Positions 1 to 8,186 of a stretch of 64,000 bases of DNA are shown here, one piece after another. Source of the DNA: a virus (lineage: Duplodnaviria; Caudoviricetes); IMG/VR virus record IMGVR_UViG_3300036546_000109, positions 23,182 to 87,181 of that record; one strand, 5' to 3'. The stretch's first letter is position 1, and every line of letters starts with the position of its first letter. The position numbers and the translations under genes are program-made. The notes beneath the pieces are model-generated. The model was not told the origin of the DNA. It worked only from the letters and a program-made list of their open reading frames with translations, and searched no databases.

Positions 1-97
1 AGAAAAAGCTTGTATCCTGTGCAGGGCTGTGAGAATATAGCCACATGGAGACACGTCCGAGAAGGGATGGTGCCTGTTCGTAAACTCACAGGTCAGA

Positions 98-123
98 CAA
101 AAGAAAAGGGCCTTTCGGCCCTT
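98..123 (-). terminator. Rho-independent terminator
   Basis: Minus strand AAGGGCC-GAAA-GGCCCTT followed by TTCTTTT. Confidence 0.8.
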
Positions 124-126
124 CCT

Positions 127-261
127 TTACACTTCCTCTAGCTTGTAGTCGAAGCGTCCGCGCAGCCCTTTGGTGTTGATGAGGGTGAGAACATCTAGAG
201 CCGCTTGCTTGTCGCTGTAGAGGGGGAAGACGCGGATGCTGTCGAGGGTGATAGCGTACAT
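127..261 (-). CDS. small early hypothetical protein (44 aa, MYAITLDSIRVFPLY...)
   Basis: AGGAG RBS, ATG at 261, lies between a promoter and a terminator; below the ORF-track cutoff. Confidence 0.7.
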   Translation of the reverse strand: MYAITLDSIRVFPLYSDKQAALDVLTLINTKGLRGRFDYKLEEV

Positions 262-299
262 GATGTTTCTCCTAGGTGGTGTTTGCTTTGTATGGGTTC

Positions 300-327
300 A
301 TTATACACCGGCTGGAAAGCGCGTCAA
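300..327 (-). promoter_or_regulatory. sigma70-type early promoter
   Basis: TTGACG-N16-TATAAT. Confidence 0.8.
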
Positions 328-425
328 CGCTTTTCTTCATTGGAATTTTCTATCGATTGGTTGACCCTGATAGGCTACTAAATTTAAGGCACATCCCTGC
401 CTCGTAGTGTGTCCCCGTGATTCAT

Positions 426-454
426 ATACTACGCAAAAGAAAAAGCCGGGTCAA
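426..454 (-). promoter_or_regulatory. sigma70-type early promoter
   Basis: TTGACC-N17-TAGTAT. Confidence 0.65.
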
Positions 455-624
455 GCCCCGGCGAGAAAAATTTCCAGCATTTTTGTGCAAGCCAAGAACA
501 TTCCGCCAGCGAAAACGAGGCCCCCTGCAATTGTTGCTGCTGCAATGAGGGATATATAGGCTTTATCGGACATTTTAAACCTCGGTTTCAAGAGACATGA
601 ATTGGCTATGCCAATGTTGGACGA

Positions 625-753
625 TTATTTTACAGACAGCACCCAGAAAGCGCCGTCATGCTCAAGCTTTACGCTTTCTTTCCAGTCTTTACCGTATACG
701 CGCTTAGCTTCAGTGATAGCGTCATTGCGGGAGAAGTGGCGAGTGGTTTGCAT
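625..753 (-). CDS. small early hypothetical protein (42 aa, MQTTRHFSRNDAITEAKRVYG...)
   Basis: GGAG RBS, directly downstream of promoter 792-819. Confidence 0.65.
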   Translation of the reverse strand: MQTTRHFSRNDAITEAKRVYGKDWKESVKLEHDGAFWVLSVK

Positions 754-791
754 GGTTGTCGCTCCGTTGGCTGTTTTGCTTTCTTGTGTTT

Positions 792-819
792 AGTATACAC
801 CAGCCACAAACAGAGTCAA
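792..819 (-). promoter_or_regulatory. sigma70-type early promoter
   Basis: TTGACT-N16-TATACT. Confidence 0.75.
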
Positions 820-980
820 CGCATTTATCCAATGAATGTTTCAATCGATCACAGCACATCAATAGATTTTCTTAGGATAGCGACCACACTCCCCGTTTGT
901 CTTCCCGTTCTAGCCGTCTTGTGGTCATCTTAGCGACCTTCGATGAACATGTCAATAGCTCATTTCATCTTCTTACAGAC

Positions 981-1010
981 AAAAGAAAGCCCCGCTCGAA
1001 AGCAGGGCTT
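981..1010 (-). terminator. Rho-independent terminator
   Basis: AAGCCCTGCT-TTCG-AGCGGGGCTT then TCTTTT (UUCG loop). Confidence 0.8.
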
Positions 1011-1024
1011 GTGTAATTTATTGA

Positions 1025-1276
1025 TTATTCCTCGTCTTCCTCTCCGCTTACCAGCTCCTCAAGGATAGCTTCTGCACGCTCTACCACCTTCACCATATCC
1101 TGACCGTACAAACCATTGTCAAAGCCTGTAGCACGACAGTCAGTGTTCTGGTATTTGCCGGAGTAGTCGCCGCACCAGATGTTGAAATAAGCGCCGTTAA
1201 CAGTGATGAGGATGTCAAAATCTTCGTTGGTAGCAACGATATAACCGTATTCGATAACTTCGTGGATGCTGTTCAT
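1025..1276 (-). CDS. acidic early hypothetical protein
   Basis: 83 aa ORF with AAGGA RBS. Confidence 0.75.
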   Translation of the reverse strand: MNSIHEVIEYGYIVATNEDFDILITVNGAYFNIWCGDYSGKYQNTDCRATGFDNGLYGQDMVKVVERAEAILEELVSGEEDEE

Positions 1277-1625
1277 TTCGTTTTTTCCTTAGCCTTTGGG
1301 CTTTTCGTTTGCTGTTGGGGTCATCCTAACAGCTTGGTTTGTGGTGTCAACAGCTACTTCGCTTTATTTTTAATCTTTCTGTTTGACGCTATCTGTTTGA
1401 GTATTGGCCAGACTACAGCCTGCATACATTCTTCGATGATAAAATCGGCCATAATCAGTAGCCAAGCCAGATCAGAACAGCCTGAGCTTCGTAGCTGTTA
1501 CGCAGCCCCATGTCCTGCACAAACTCTTCCCAGCTAGCCCCATCAGGAAGCCTAGACAGGTTGCGAAAGCTTCCATAGCTGCCATTTGTGTGCTGTTAGG
1601 GAGCCATTCGTTAGGGGGCTTCATA

Positions 1626-1865
1626 TCACAGCCCAACCATTGCAGCACGGATGCCAGCCTTAGACCACTTTACGCCATCGTCAGTGTGGGTAATTCCACG
1701 GCTGTGCAGTTCGTCAAGGACATTCTGAGCTGCTTTGTCCTTCGTACCAGAGCAATTATTTACATGTTCAACCATCATCTGATACAAGCCGTAATCGTTA
1801 TTCAGCCAAAGCGATTGATTCCACTGGGCGTAGTTCTTGTGGCCGTTGTAGGATTTAGTGGTCAT
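1626..1865 (-). CDS. conserved phage early protein (YNGxxNYxxWNxxLWxxND family)
   Basis: Motif YNGHKNYAQWNQSLWLNND is recurrent in phage early genes; AGGA RBS. Confidence 0.75.
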   Translation of the reverse strand: MTTKSYNGHKNYAQWNQSLWLNNDYGLYQMMVEHVNNCSGTKDKAAQNVLDELHSRGITHTDDGVKWSKAGIRAAMVGL

Positions 1866-1917
1866 GTCTGCGATTCCTGTTCTATCTGGAAGACACTGTG
1901 TCTTCTATGTTGTGTTC

Positions 1918-1945
1918 ATTCTACAACATACAGCTTTGATGGCAA
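1918..1945 (-). promoter_or_regulatory. sigma70-type early promoter
   Basis: TTGCCA-N16-TAGAAT. Confidence 0.65.
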
Positions 1946-1967
1946 ATTAATTGTTTCTATCAGAAAA

Positions 1968-2348
1968 CTAGTAATTAATAGAGCCAAGCCTGTCCATGTA
2001 TTTCTTACCTGCTAATTTTGGCTCAAGAACGTAAACTATTTTTGATTTATAAGACCCATCCCTAAAATCATCCTCACTTGGCGGATAATAGGCAAAGTAT
2101 TCCCATTCTCCTATCTTGTTCGCTTTGTACAGCTCATTAACCTTATCATCGTCGATTGGATTGTTGCCTTCTTTTTGCATCTGCCAGTTTACGCGCTCTT
2201 TATAACCTTTTAGTGTTAGTTTTTGCAATTGGGCGCTGTTGAGTGTTTTTGCTAGTGGTTGGAAGTCCTTGACAAACCCATTCCACACCATAATTTCGGG
2301 GTTTCCTTTCACACTCTCTAGCAATGCAATTAATTCATTTTTTCTCAT
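1968..2348 (-). CDS. hypothetical protein
   Basis: Start moved to MRKNEL (GGGGTG RBS). Confidence 0.7.
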   Translation of the reverse strand: MRKNELIALLESVKGNPEIMVWNGFVKDFQPLAKTLNSAQLQKLTLKGYKERVNWQMQKEGNNPIDDDKVNELYKANKIGEWEYFAYYPPSEDDFRDGSYKSKIVYVLEPKLAGKKYMDRLGSINY

Positions 2349-2502
2349 AAACACCCCACGATTTGGAAAGTTTAAAATTTTGTCTGTAATATGATAAATC
2401 ACTAACGTGAACAATGCTCACAGTTTCACTCATGTTCTCATAACCACTATCAAAAATGAATGCTTGACCGTTTTCGATCTTATACCAACGAGATTGCTTC
2501 AT
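2335..2502 (-). CDS. hypothetical protein
   Basis: Packed ORF overlapping both neighbours; start uncertain. Confidence 0.45.
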   Translation of the reverse strand: MKQSRWYKIENGQAFIFDSGYENMSETVSIVHVSDLSYYRQNFKLSKSWGVYEKK

Positions 2503-2686
2503 GTTCTTTGGTTCCAAATTTAATTTCTTGGTAATCATCTGACATATATGACATTTCAGGTAGTTCGTACCTGTAGCACCATGTTCCGCATGGCCACAAG
2601 ATTATGTCTTCGTGGTCTGCTAGATTGCTTGAACAATCAGGGCAAAGTTCCACAGGACTCCAATGCTCGCACATAATCCGCCCCAT
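2480..2686 (-). CDS. Cys-rich hypothetical protein (CEH...CPDC)
   Basis: Start set just after the upstream stop; possible zinc ribbon. Confidence 0.55.
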   Translation of the reverse strand: MGRIMCEHWSPVELCPDCSSNLADHEDIILWPCGTWCYRYELPEMSYMSDDYQEIKFGTKEHEAISLV

Positions 2687-2687
2687 G

Positions 2688-2843
2688 TCAGTACCACACC
2701 TTGCCATCATTCGACCATTGTTTGATGAGTCGAGCACGTTGTTTGCACCAATAGACGCCACCAATCTTATCGTTTCCTGCATCGTATGTATAGAAGATGC
2801 CTTTATTTGCTTTAGCGGCTTTGCAAGCTTCTTGATAGGTCAT
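2688..2843 (-). CDS. small hypothetical protein (MTYQEACKAAK...)
   Basis: GGAG RBS; the upstream ATG overlaps the -10 box so is unlikely to be used. Confidence 0.6.
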   Translation of the reverse strand: MTYQEACKAAKANKGIFYTYDAGNDKIGGVYWCKQRARLIKQWSNDGKVWY

Positions 2844-2877
2844 TTCGTGTTGCTCCGTGTTTGTTTCTGTTGTGCTC

Positions 2878-2905
2878 ATTATACGGGAATCTAAAACCAC
2901 CACAA
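2878..2905 (-). promoter_or_regulatory. sigma70-type early promoter
   Basis: TTGTGG-N16-TATAAT. Confidence 0.55.
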
Positions 2906-2924
2906 ATTGATTATTTCTATAGCT

Positions 2925-3113
2925 TCAATGCTTTGCGATAGATTCTTCCAATGATTCCTCCTTCATTTCCTCACAATAACTATGAATGCCTTGCTTGCGC
3001 TGATATGAGCTTTCCATAACACAAGTCGTCATGTCTTCGTACAGCTCAGGGCTAAGATCGTGGCATTGCCCATTAGACAGACATACACTCACCACAAGAG
3101 CATAGAGAATCAT
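2925..3113 (-). CDS. YebW/DUF1482-like small protein
   Basis: MILYALVVSVCLSNGQC..D...Y....C pattern resembles the YebW family. Confidence 0.6.
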   Translation of the reverse strand: MILYALVVSVCLSNGQCHDLSPELYEDMTTCVMESSYQRKQGIHSYCEEMKEESLEESIAKH

Positions 3114-3115
3114 TA

Positions 3116-3241
3116 TCAAACAACCCCATATTCTTCGTTTTGTGTTTCGATTACAGCAAGGCTCCAAACTACAAGAAGCAAAGGAACCAAAGCCAATATA
3201 GGATGTTGTATAACAGCCCACCCAAGCATTAGAAAGCCCAT
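3116..3241 (-). CDS. small membrane protein (41 aa)
   Basis: AGGAG RBS, hydrophobic stretch. Confidence 0.55.
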   Translation of the reverse strand: MGFLMLGWAVIQHPILALVPLLLVVWSLAVIETQNEEYGVV

Positions 3242-3268
3242 GATGTTCTCCTTTGTCAGTTTATCCGA

Positions 3269-3424
3269 CTACCGCCAATCGTAAGAAATACGCTTGTTTT
3301 GTGTGCTAACAGCGGCCTTTACATATGCTGCCATTCCATACGGAAAGCTTGTCTGTGTTTCCATTGTAGCCGCCTTGTTCACAGAAAGCATCAGGCGTTG
3401 ACGGAGAGATAAGGGCTTTTTCAT
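3269..3424 (-). CDS. small hypothetical protein (51 aa)
   Basis: Fills the gap between packed ORFs. Confidence 0.5.
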   Translation of the reverse strand: MKKPLSLRQRLMLSVNKAATMETQTSFPYGMAAYVKAAVSTQNKRISYDWR

Positions 3425-3427
3425 TTC

Positions 3428-3703
3428 TCAGCCCTCAAAATCTTCGATTTCTGACCCTTCGATGTAACTTACCAGTGTTTTCAGTACTGGTAACACTTTA
3501 TCACGGTTTTCTAGAAGATGTAGGCACATTCTAAATTGATCGTTTCGCGTTACATTGCCGTTCGTTGCTTTCATGGCCTCTAGTAACAACCCATCAAATT
3601 CCTCTCCGATGCAATCCAGGTCATGCTTTTTACAGTCTTTCTCATTTGTGAAAAGTTTACCATCTACAGCTTCAAACATAGATACCAATTTCATCTTCTT
3701 CAC
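3428..3703 (-). CDS. hypothetical protein
   Basis: 91 aa ORF. Confidence 0.65.
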   Translation of the reverse strand: MKKMKLVSMFEAVDGKLFTNEKDCKKHDLDCIGEEFDGLLLEAMKATNGNVTRNDQFRMCLHLLENRDKVLPVLKTLVSYIEGSEIEDFEG

Positions 3704-3798
3704 CTTGCTGTGTTAGGTTTTCGTTTCTGTTGGGGTTATTCTGACCCAATGCGCCTGTGTCGTCAAGAGGTTTTAAAGGAAAACCCACACAAAAGATT

Positions 3799-4014
3799 CT
3801 ATTGGTCTTGGCTCTTCAATAGCTTTAACTTATCAGCAGCCTCTGTATGCGCCACTAAGCGCTCCATAGCTTCTAGCTGGCGTTGCTGTTGTGCATATTC
3901 AAGCTTCCTGTTGCTATGAGCGTTAGCTAATAGACGCCAAATATAGATGATGACCCACAATCCGCCCGTTAGGAAGATCATCAAGATATGCAGGATGTGC
4001 CATGTCGATTTCAT
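3799..4014 (-). CDS. membrane protein with C-terminal coiled coil
   Basis: HILMIFLTGGLWVIIYIW transmembrane motif; AGGAG RBS. Confidence 0.65.
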   Translation of the reverse strand: MKSTWHILHILMIFLTGGLWVIIYIWRLLANAHSNRKLEYAQQQRQLEAMERLVAHTEAADKLKLLKSQDQ

Positions 4015-4026
4015 TGTGTACGCTCC

Positions 4027-4770
4027 TCAAAACAAAATTACAAACGTTATAAAGCTTAGGACAACACCCCCAATATAAGGGCTAAGCTTTTCTTTGTCAA
4101 CAGACATTTTCTTATTTACTACTGATTTCACTATGTCTTTTAGCTTGTTGTGTGTGAGGATGAAAACGTTTCCACCTTCCCACCATTCGCGTTTTTCTAC
4201 GATGTTTTTCCCTACTATCTCTGCCCGATCTTGCCATTCTGGCAGCATTTCTTCGTCTTCTTCTGCGTCAGGATCAACCCCGAGGGCTTTACAGCGAGAT
4301 TTCCATGCTCTATGCCTCTTTTGCTCCAAAGCGAAGATAAGCTGTTTAAATTCTTCCTCGCTTATCTCTTCATTCTCAAAAGCTCTATAAAGCTCCGCCT
4401 CTTGCTTATCCAGACGATCCAATGTCTTCTCTTGTGGAACAATTTGATGTGCAATTGGAATTGTTTTCTTAGCTGGGGTTTTCTTTTGATTAAGACCCAA
4501 AGCTTCATCACTAAAAGCTTTAATGTTCGGCTTTCCGTCTTTTGTCCAGACTTTATCGGTCGGAAGCTCACCTGCTACAGAAAGCTTGTTCGGCAATTCT
4601 TTACGCATAGCCCAATAGTCTGACCCTTGCAAGTCATTTATCTGACCAGTGATAGACGACCGAAACTGGCGTCCGTTTCTCGACAGACCTTTCCATTCGT
4701 CCTGTGTCCCGTCTTCGCACGTAGCACCTATGCCAGACCTAAATCCGTAACCCCTTGGGATGCTAATCAT
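4027..4770 (-). CDS. hypothetical protein with C-terminal hydrophobic anchor
   Basis: 247 aa ORF, GAGGA RBS. Confidence 0.7.
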   Translation of the reverse strand: MISIPRGYGFRSGIGATCEDGTQDEWKGLSRNGRQFRSSITGQINDLQGSDYWAMRKELPNKLSVAGELPTDKVWTKDGKPNIKAFSDEALGLNQKKTPAKKTIPIAHQIVPQEKTLDRLDKQEAELYRAFENEEISEEEFKQLIFALEQKRHRAWKSRCKALGVDPDAEEDEEMLPEWQDRAEIVGKNIVEKREWWEGGNVFILTHNKLKDIVKSVVNKKMSVDKEKLSPYIGGVVLSFITFVILF

Positions 4771-4782
4771 TTTCCTTTTCCT

Positions 4783-4960
4783 CTAGTCGTATGCTTTCCA
4801 AGATATTAGAGCAAGGTAGACACGTTCGTCAAGAAGATTTTTATAAATTTCTGCGACTTCCTTCACAACACGTTCTTTATTTTCCGCATACCACAGAACA
4901 CCTTGTTCCCGGCTTTTAAAATAAGGTACATCCGACCTACTGAACCAGACATTTTCTTTT
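4783..4960 (-). pseudogene. orphan C-terminal fragment of an HNH endonuclease family
   Basis: Start-less frame YFKSREQ...KERVVKEVAEIYKNLLDERVYLALISW resembles the C-terminus of 22744..23376. Confidence 0.45.
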
Positions 4961-4991
4961 CCTCTTACAGCTAAATTGCTTTGATGTGCCT

Positions 4992-5020
4992 AGAATAAAA
5001 GAAAAGCTCCGAGGAGTCAA
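4992..5020 (-). promoter_or_regulatory. sigma70-type promoter
   Basis: TTGACT-N17-TATTCT. Confidence 0.65.
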
Positions 5021-5051
5021 CCAAGGAGCTTATGAAAAGAATCTATTGATC

Positions 5052-5183
5052 TTAGTCAGCCGATTGCCAACGGTTATTACGATTCTTGCGAAGCTCACGG
5101 AAGTTTTTATGTTCCTTGCGCTCTTTCTGCTTGCTGTTGCTATATTCGTTGTGTTGATCTTGTGCATTCATACGGATTTTCAT
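5052..5183 (-). CDS. small basic protein (43 aa)
   Basis: GAGGAG RBS; K/R-rich. Confidence 0.65.
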   Translation of the reverse strand: MKIRMNAQDQHNEYSNSKQKERKEHKNFRELRKNRNNRWQSAD

Positions 5184-5193
5184 TTCTCTCTCC

Positions 5194-5445
5194 TCAATAC
5201 ATTTTCGTCTGTTTAAGCTGCTTTTCTCGGGCAGTTGAGATATTCTGGATCAGGATTAATCCCTTGTCAAAAGCTTTCTTTGCTTTTTCTTCATCTTTGA
5301 ACATCTCTCGAACATCGTGGGAAAGCTGAGCTGTTGCCCATGCTCGCCAATATCCCAAATCATAAGCGTTGATGGCTTTAGAAACGTATTGTAGATTTTT
5401 GTATACGTTCCAAGCTGCTGAGAGGTGTTGGTTATAGCCTAGCAT
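5194..5445 (-). CDS. hypothetical protein
   Basis: 83 aa ORF, AGGAG RBS. Confidence 0.7.
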   Translation of the reverse strand: MLGYNQHLSAAWNVYKNLQYVSKAINAYDLGYWRAWATAQLSHDVREMFKDEEKAKKAFDKGLILIQNISTAREKQLKQTKMY

Positions 5446-5463
5446 AGCTATTCTCCTGAAAAA

Positions 5464-5706
5464 TTACACAATTTTGGGATGTGTCTCACACTGCATCTTA
5501 ACATCATACCCACGGCCATCAAGTTTAAGCAACTTTTTACCTGTATCTACCCATATGTAGCCGTATTCTTTCTTGTGAAAGCTGCACATATACGGGCCTT
5601 CCGCATAAACTCCCGCGCCCTTCTTTAGCCAGTAATTGCACATACCCATTTGTTCGTTGGTCAGCCACTCGGCGTCAAGTTTTTCAATCTGAGACATGGT
5701 TTTCAT
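5464..5706 (-). CDS. hypothetical protein
   Basis: 80 aa ORF, GGAG RBS. Confidence 0.65.
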   Translation of the reverse strand: MKTMSQIEKLDAEWLTNEQMGMCNYWLKKGAGVYAEGPYMCSFHKKEYGYIWVDTGKKLLKLDGRGYDVKMQCETHPKIV

Positions 5707-5774
5707 TTCGCAACTCCGGTCGGTTTATGGTTATTAGTATAGACTTGACATTTGCTTGTGTATAATTGGAATTT

Positions 5775-7385
5775 TTAATCGCCACATAAAGCTGATAAGA
5801 TTTTCTCAATGACAGGAACTGTCCAACCATTTCCCAATACCCTATATCGCTGATTATCTGATATTCCCGCAGTGTACCCATCATACAGGCTCAGAGATAA
5901 ACAGGCTTTCCCCGTTTGCATTGGAATGTATCCAGTAATGACACTCTCTGCAAACCAGTAGCAAATTCTCAAAATCTGATCTGTACTCTTCATAGATAAA
6001 CGGGACAATGTGGTGAATGTGGAACTGCTGTCCATCATCATGTTCAAAATGGATTCCGCATCGTTGACATGTAGCATTGTCTCGTTTCCAAACAAATTTA
6101 ATTGCATCTTTCCAAGTGTCTGTTGAGTAAAAAGACTGTCTTTCTGAGGTAACTCCCCCCTTCCAATTTGCGCTATTTTCCCCTCTATTATACAAATAGA
6201 AACACCCTGAACTACAGAAACCTCCCCTGTTCTTTGAAAGAGGCACGGTTGTTTCTGTTCCGCACTGTCTGCACTCAAAAACTGTTCTATTTGTTGGTTG
6301 CGAGGCTTTGTTTGTAGCGGTATCCCCATACCTACACTTTCTGGAGCAGTATATTTTGTTAGCAGAAACTTTTGATGAGTATTGTACCCCACAGCCTTTA
6401 CAAACTCTTGTAGTTCTGTTTCTTCTACATTCAAAACAAGTTTTAGCAACTTGGGATTTTTCTTTACCACACTTACAAAGTTCTTTGCTTGGTCTAAACA
6501 TGTAAAAATTTCTACCTCTTTCTTAATAAATCCAAAACCCTGCGCCCTTTCGCACTCGATCGGTGTAAACTTTCTACGTTCTCCGTTTTCCTTTTCAACT
6601 AGGAAATTATGCTGCCAACTGCTTGTAGTAATACAAGGCATTTTGTCCACTAATCGAGTACCGCCTTTGTTATAACCTCTCGGCCAAGTCCACACCCCTT
6701 TATAATCTTTATCTTCCAAAATGTCTACAATCTTTGGCGAATGTTCCAAATCTTTTATATCTTTTTCGCCGTAAGTTGTTGTTTGCAGGAACGAGGACCA
6801 GTAGTAACGCTCTCGATTTTGAGCCGTAAAAGCCCTTGAATTAATTTTTACCGGCCAAGTCTTAAGATGGTGTGTTATTACGTCTTCAAATTCCGCACGC
6901 ATTTTTACATTCTCGAGTAGAAAATCAACGCTTCCTTGGTAATCCTCAATTTCTTTTTTAATCCTCACGAACTCAAAGAATAGTGCAGATCGAGGGTCAT
7001 TGAAATTCAATTCACTCCCAGCAAAGCTAAAGCCCTGGCAAGGTGAACCTGCCAAAATAAGGTCAACCTTCTGGTAGTAATTCTCGTCCCCCAATCGCCA
7101 TTTACCATTTTCAGACTCAATATAATTTCCACTAATTTTAACTGTCCGAACGTCACCAAGCCGAATGATATCAGGATGATTTTTCTCGCTAATCTTAATT
7201 GCGTTTGGTTCAATTTCTGAGGCAAAATACTTTATATTACTAAATCCAAGATTTTTAAGCGCTTGCAAACCACAGCTTATACCGTCAAATAAGCTAATAA
7301 CTACGATTTCACGGGATAGCAGGTTTTGTTTGTTTGTTTCAAAACAACTAATATTCTCTAAAAATTCACACTCAAATCGACTCAC
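5775..7385 (-). CDS. C5 DNA cytosine methyltransferase with a ~217-codon in-frame insertion between motifs IX and X
   Basis: Motif I SLFDGISCG, IV GSPCQGFS, VI LLENV, VIII QNRERYYW, IX RKFTPIECERAQGF, X QRYRVLGNGWTVPVI. Confidence 0.92.
   Translation of the reverse strand: MSRFECEFLENISCFETNKQNLLSREIVVISLFDGISCGLQALKNLGFSNIKYFASEIEPNAIKISEKNHPDIIRLGDVRTVKISGNYIESENGKWRLGDENYYQKVDLILAGSPCQGFSFAGSELNFNDPRSALFFEFVRIKKEIEDYQGSVDFLLENVKMRAEFEDVITHHLKTWPVKINSRAFTAQNRERYYWSSFLQTTTYGEKDIKDLEHSPKIVDILEDKDYKGVWTWPRGYNKGGTRLVDKMPCITTSSWQHNFLVEKENGERRKFTPIECERAQGFGFIKKEVEIFTCLDQAKNFVSVVKKNPKLLKLVLNVEETELQEFVKAVGYNTHQKFLLTKYTAPESVGMGIPLQTKPRNQQIEQFLSADSAEQKQPCLFQRTGEVSVVQGVSICIIEGKIAQIGRGELPQKDSLFTQQTLGKMQLNLFGNETMLHVNDAESILNMMMDSSSTFTTLSRLSMKSTDQILRICYWFAESVITGYIPMQTGKACLSLSLYDGYTAGISDNQRYRVLGNGWTVPVIEKILSALCGD
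5881..6501 (-). CDS. HNH homing endonuclease nested out of frame in the methyltransferase gene
   Basis: CxxC/CSxxC zinc motifs, GENSANWKGG, RDNATCQRC...HIHHIVP...NLLLVCRECHYWIH; own GAGGT RBS. Confidence 0.9.
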   Translation of the reverse strand: MFRPSKELCKCGKEKSQVAKTCFECRRNRTTRVCKGCGVQYSSKVSANKIYCSRKCRYGDTATNKASQPTNRTVFECRQCGTETTVPLSKNRGGFCSSGCFYLYNRGENSANWKGGVTSERQSFYSTDTWKDAIKFVWKRDNATCQRCGIHFEHDDGQQFHIHHIVPFIYEEYRSDFENLLLVCRECHYWIHSNANGESLFISEPV

Positions 7386-7585
7386 AATAATCCTCCCACT
7401 GTAAACAATTTATCTTCAAAATCTTTAAGGGCTTGGAGATATCCCTTGTCCTCATCATCTTGGGATGGACAGCCCTCCCAATGCTTCAAATGCTGCACAA
7501 GAGCGCTATAACCAAGCTTTATTGCATATTCACAATCCTCGACTCCCAATTGATACCCTTCGTTGTATTCTGTAGAGGTTTTCAT
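7382..7585 (-). CDS. hypothetical protein
   Basis: 67 aa; stop overlaps the MTase start (ATGA). Confidence 0.65.
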   Translation of the reverse strand: MKTSTEYNEGYQLGVEDCEYAIKLGYSALVQHLKHWEGCPSQDDEDKGYLQALKDFEDKLFTVGGLL

Positions 7586-7586
7586 A

Positions 7587-7763
7587 TCACATTCCTAATT
7601 CAATTTCAGCTTGTTTTAGAAGGCTTCCCAATGAAGCTGACCACAGAATAGGCTCTTTCTTATCAGTCGTCAAGCTAAAGACTGTCCAGAGTCTATCAAT
7701 CTTTTCTATGGAAAACCCCGATTCAATAAGCATGTTGTATAGCTTAGATGAATATGTGTTCAT
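7587..7763 (-). CDS. hypothetical protein (58 aa)
   Basis: Fills the gap between packed ORFs. Confidence 0.55.
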   Translation of the reverse strand: MNTYSSKLYNMLIESGFSIEKIDRLWTVFSLTTDKKEPILWSASLGSLLKQAEIELGM

Positions 7764-7772
7764 TTAGAGTCG

Positions 7773-8114
7773 TTACTCGTTGAATGCTTTCCACATATTC
7801 AACACCTTTTGTTCCAACTTGTCAAGAGAATCCTCAACCTGTTTTCGTGTCAGGGAGTAGATTTTAAGATCGCACCACTCGCCGTCTTTGTTCTCATGGC
7901 ACAAGCTCACTTCAAATGATTCACTCTTATACCCATGAATCAATAAATCTGAATGCAAGATATTCAACAAGGTCTTGTTATTGCATTGACACAGCGGGAT
8001 GGAGAATTTTAGGATTTCATCCTCTTGCAAACGCCTTTGGTAGTGCTTAACCACACCATAGCTTTCGTTGTCCGTCTTCCAGCATTTGTAGCCTTTTTCT
8101 TCTAGAATTTTCAT
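7773..8114 (-). CDS. hypothetical protein
   Basis: 113 aa, GAGGA RBS. Confidence 0.7.
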   Translation of the reverse strand: MKILEEKGYKCWKTDNESYGVVKHYQRRLQEDEILKFSIPLCQCNNKTLLNILHSDLLIHGYKSESFEVSLCHENKDGEWCDLKIYSLTRKQVEDSLDKLEQKVLNMWKAFNE

Positions 8115-8154
8115 CTATTCCTCACGTTCTTGCGGATATTGTTAATTTTCAAGG

Positions 8155-8183
8155 ATGTTACATGCTTTTCCTTACGATTGCAA
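8155..8183 (-). promoter_or_regulatory. sigma70-type promoter
   Basis: TTGCAA-N17-TAACAT. Confidence 0.55.
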
Positions 8184-8186
8184 GGG

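Noticed and set aside
5684-5884. 66-aa ORF overlapping MTase motif X in the third frame
   Set aside because: It overlaps the most conserved MTase segment and has no recognisable motif or RBS. The ATGA overlap with the HNH stop leaves a small possibility of coupling.
5883-6533. Intein or group I intron as the explanation of the methyltransferase insertion
   Set aside because: No intein N-terminal C/S or C-terminal HN residues. The HNH ORF occupies all but ~30 nt, leaving no room for a ribozyme core, and no P/Q/R/S motifs are present.
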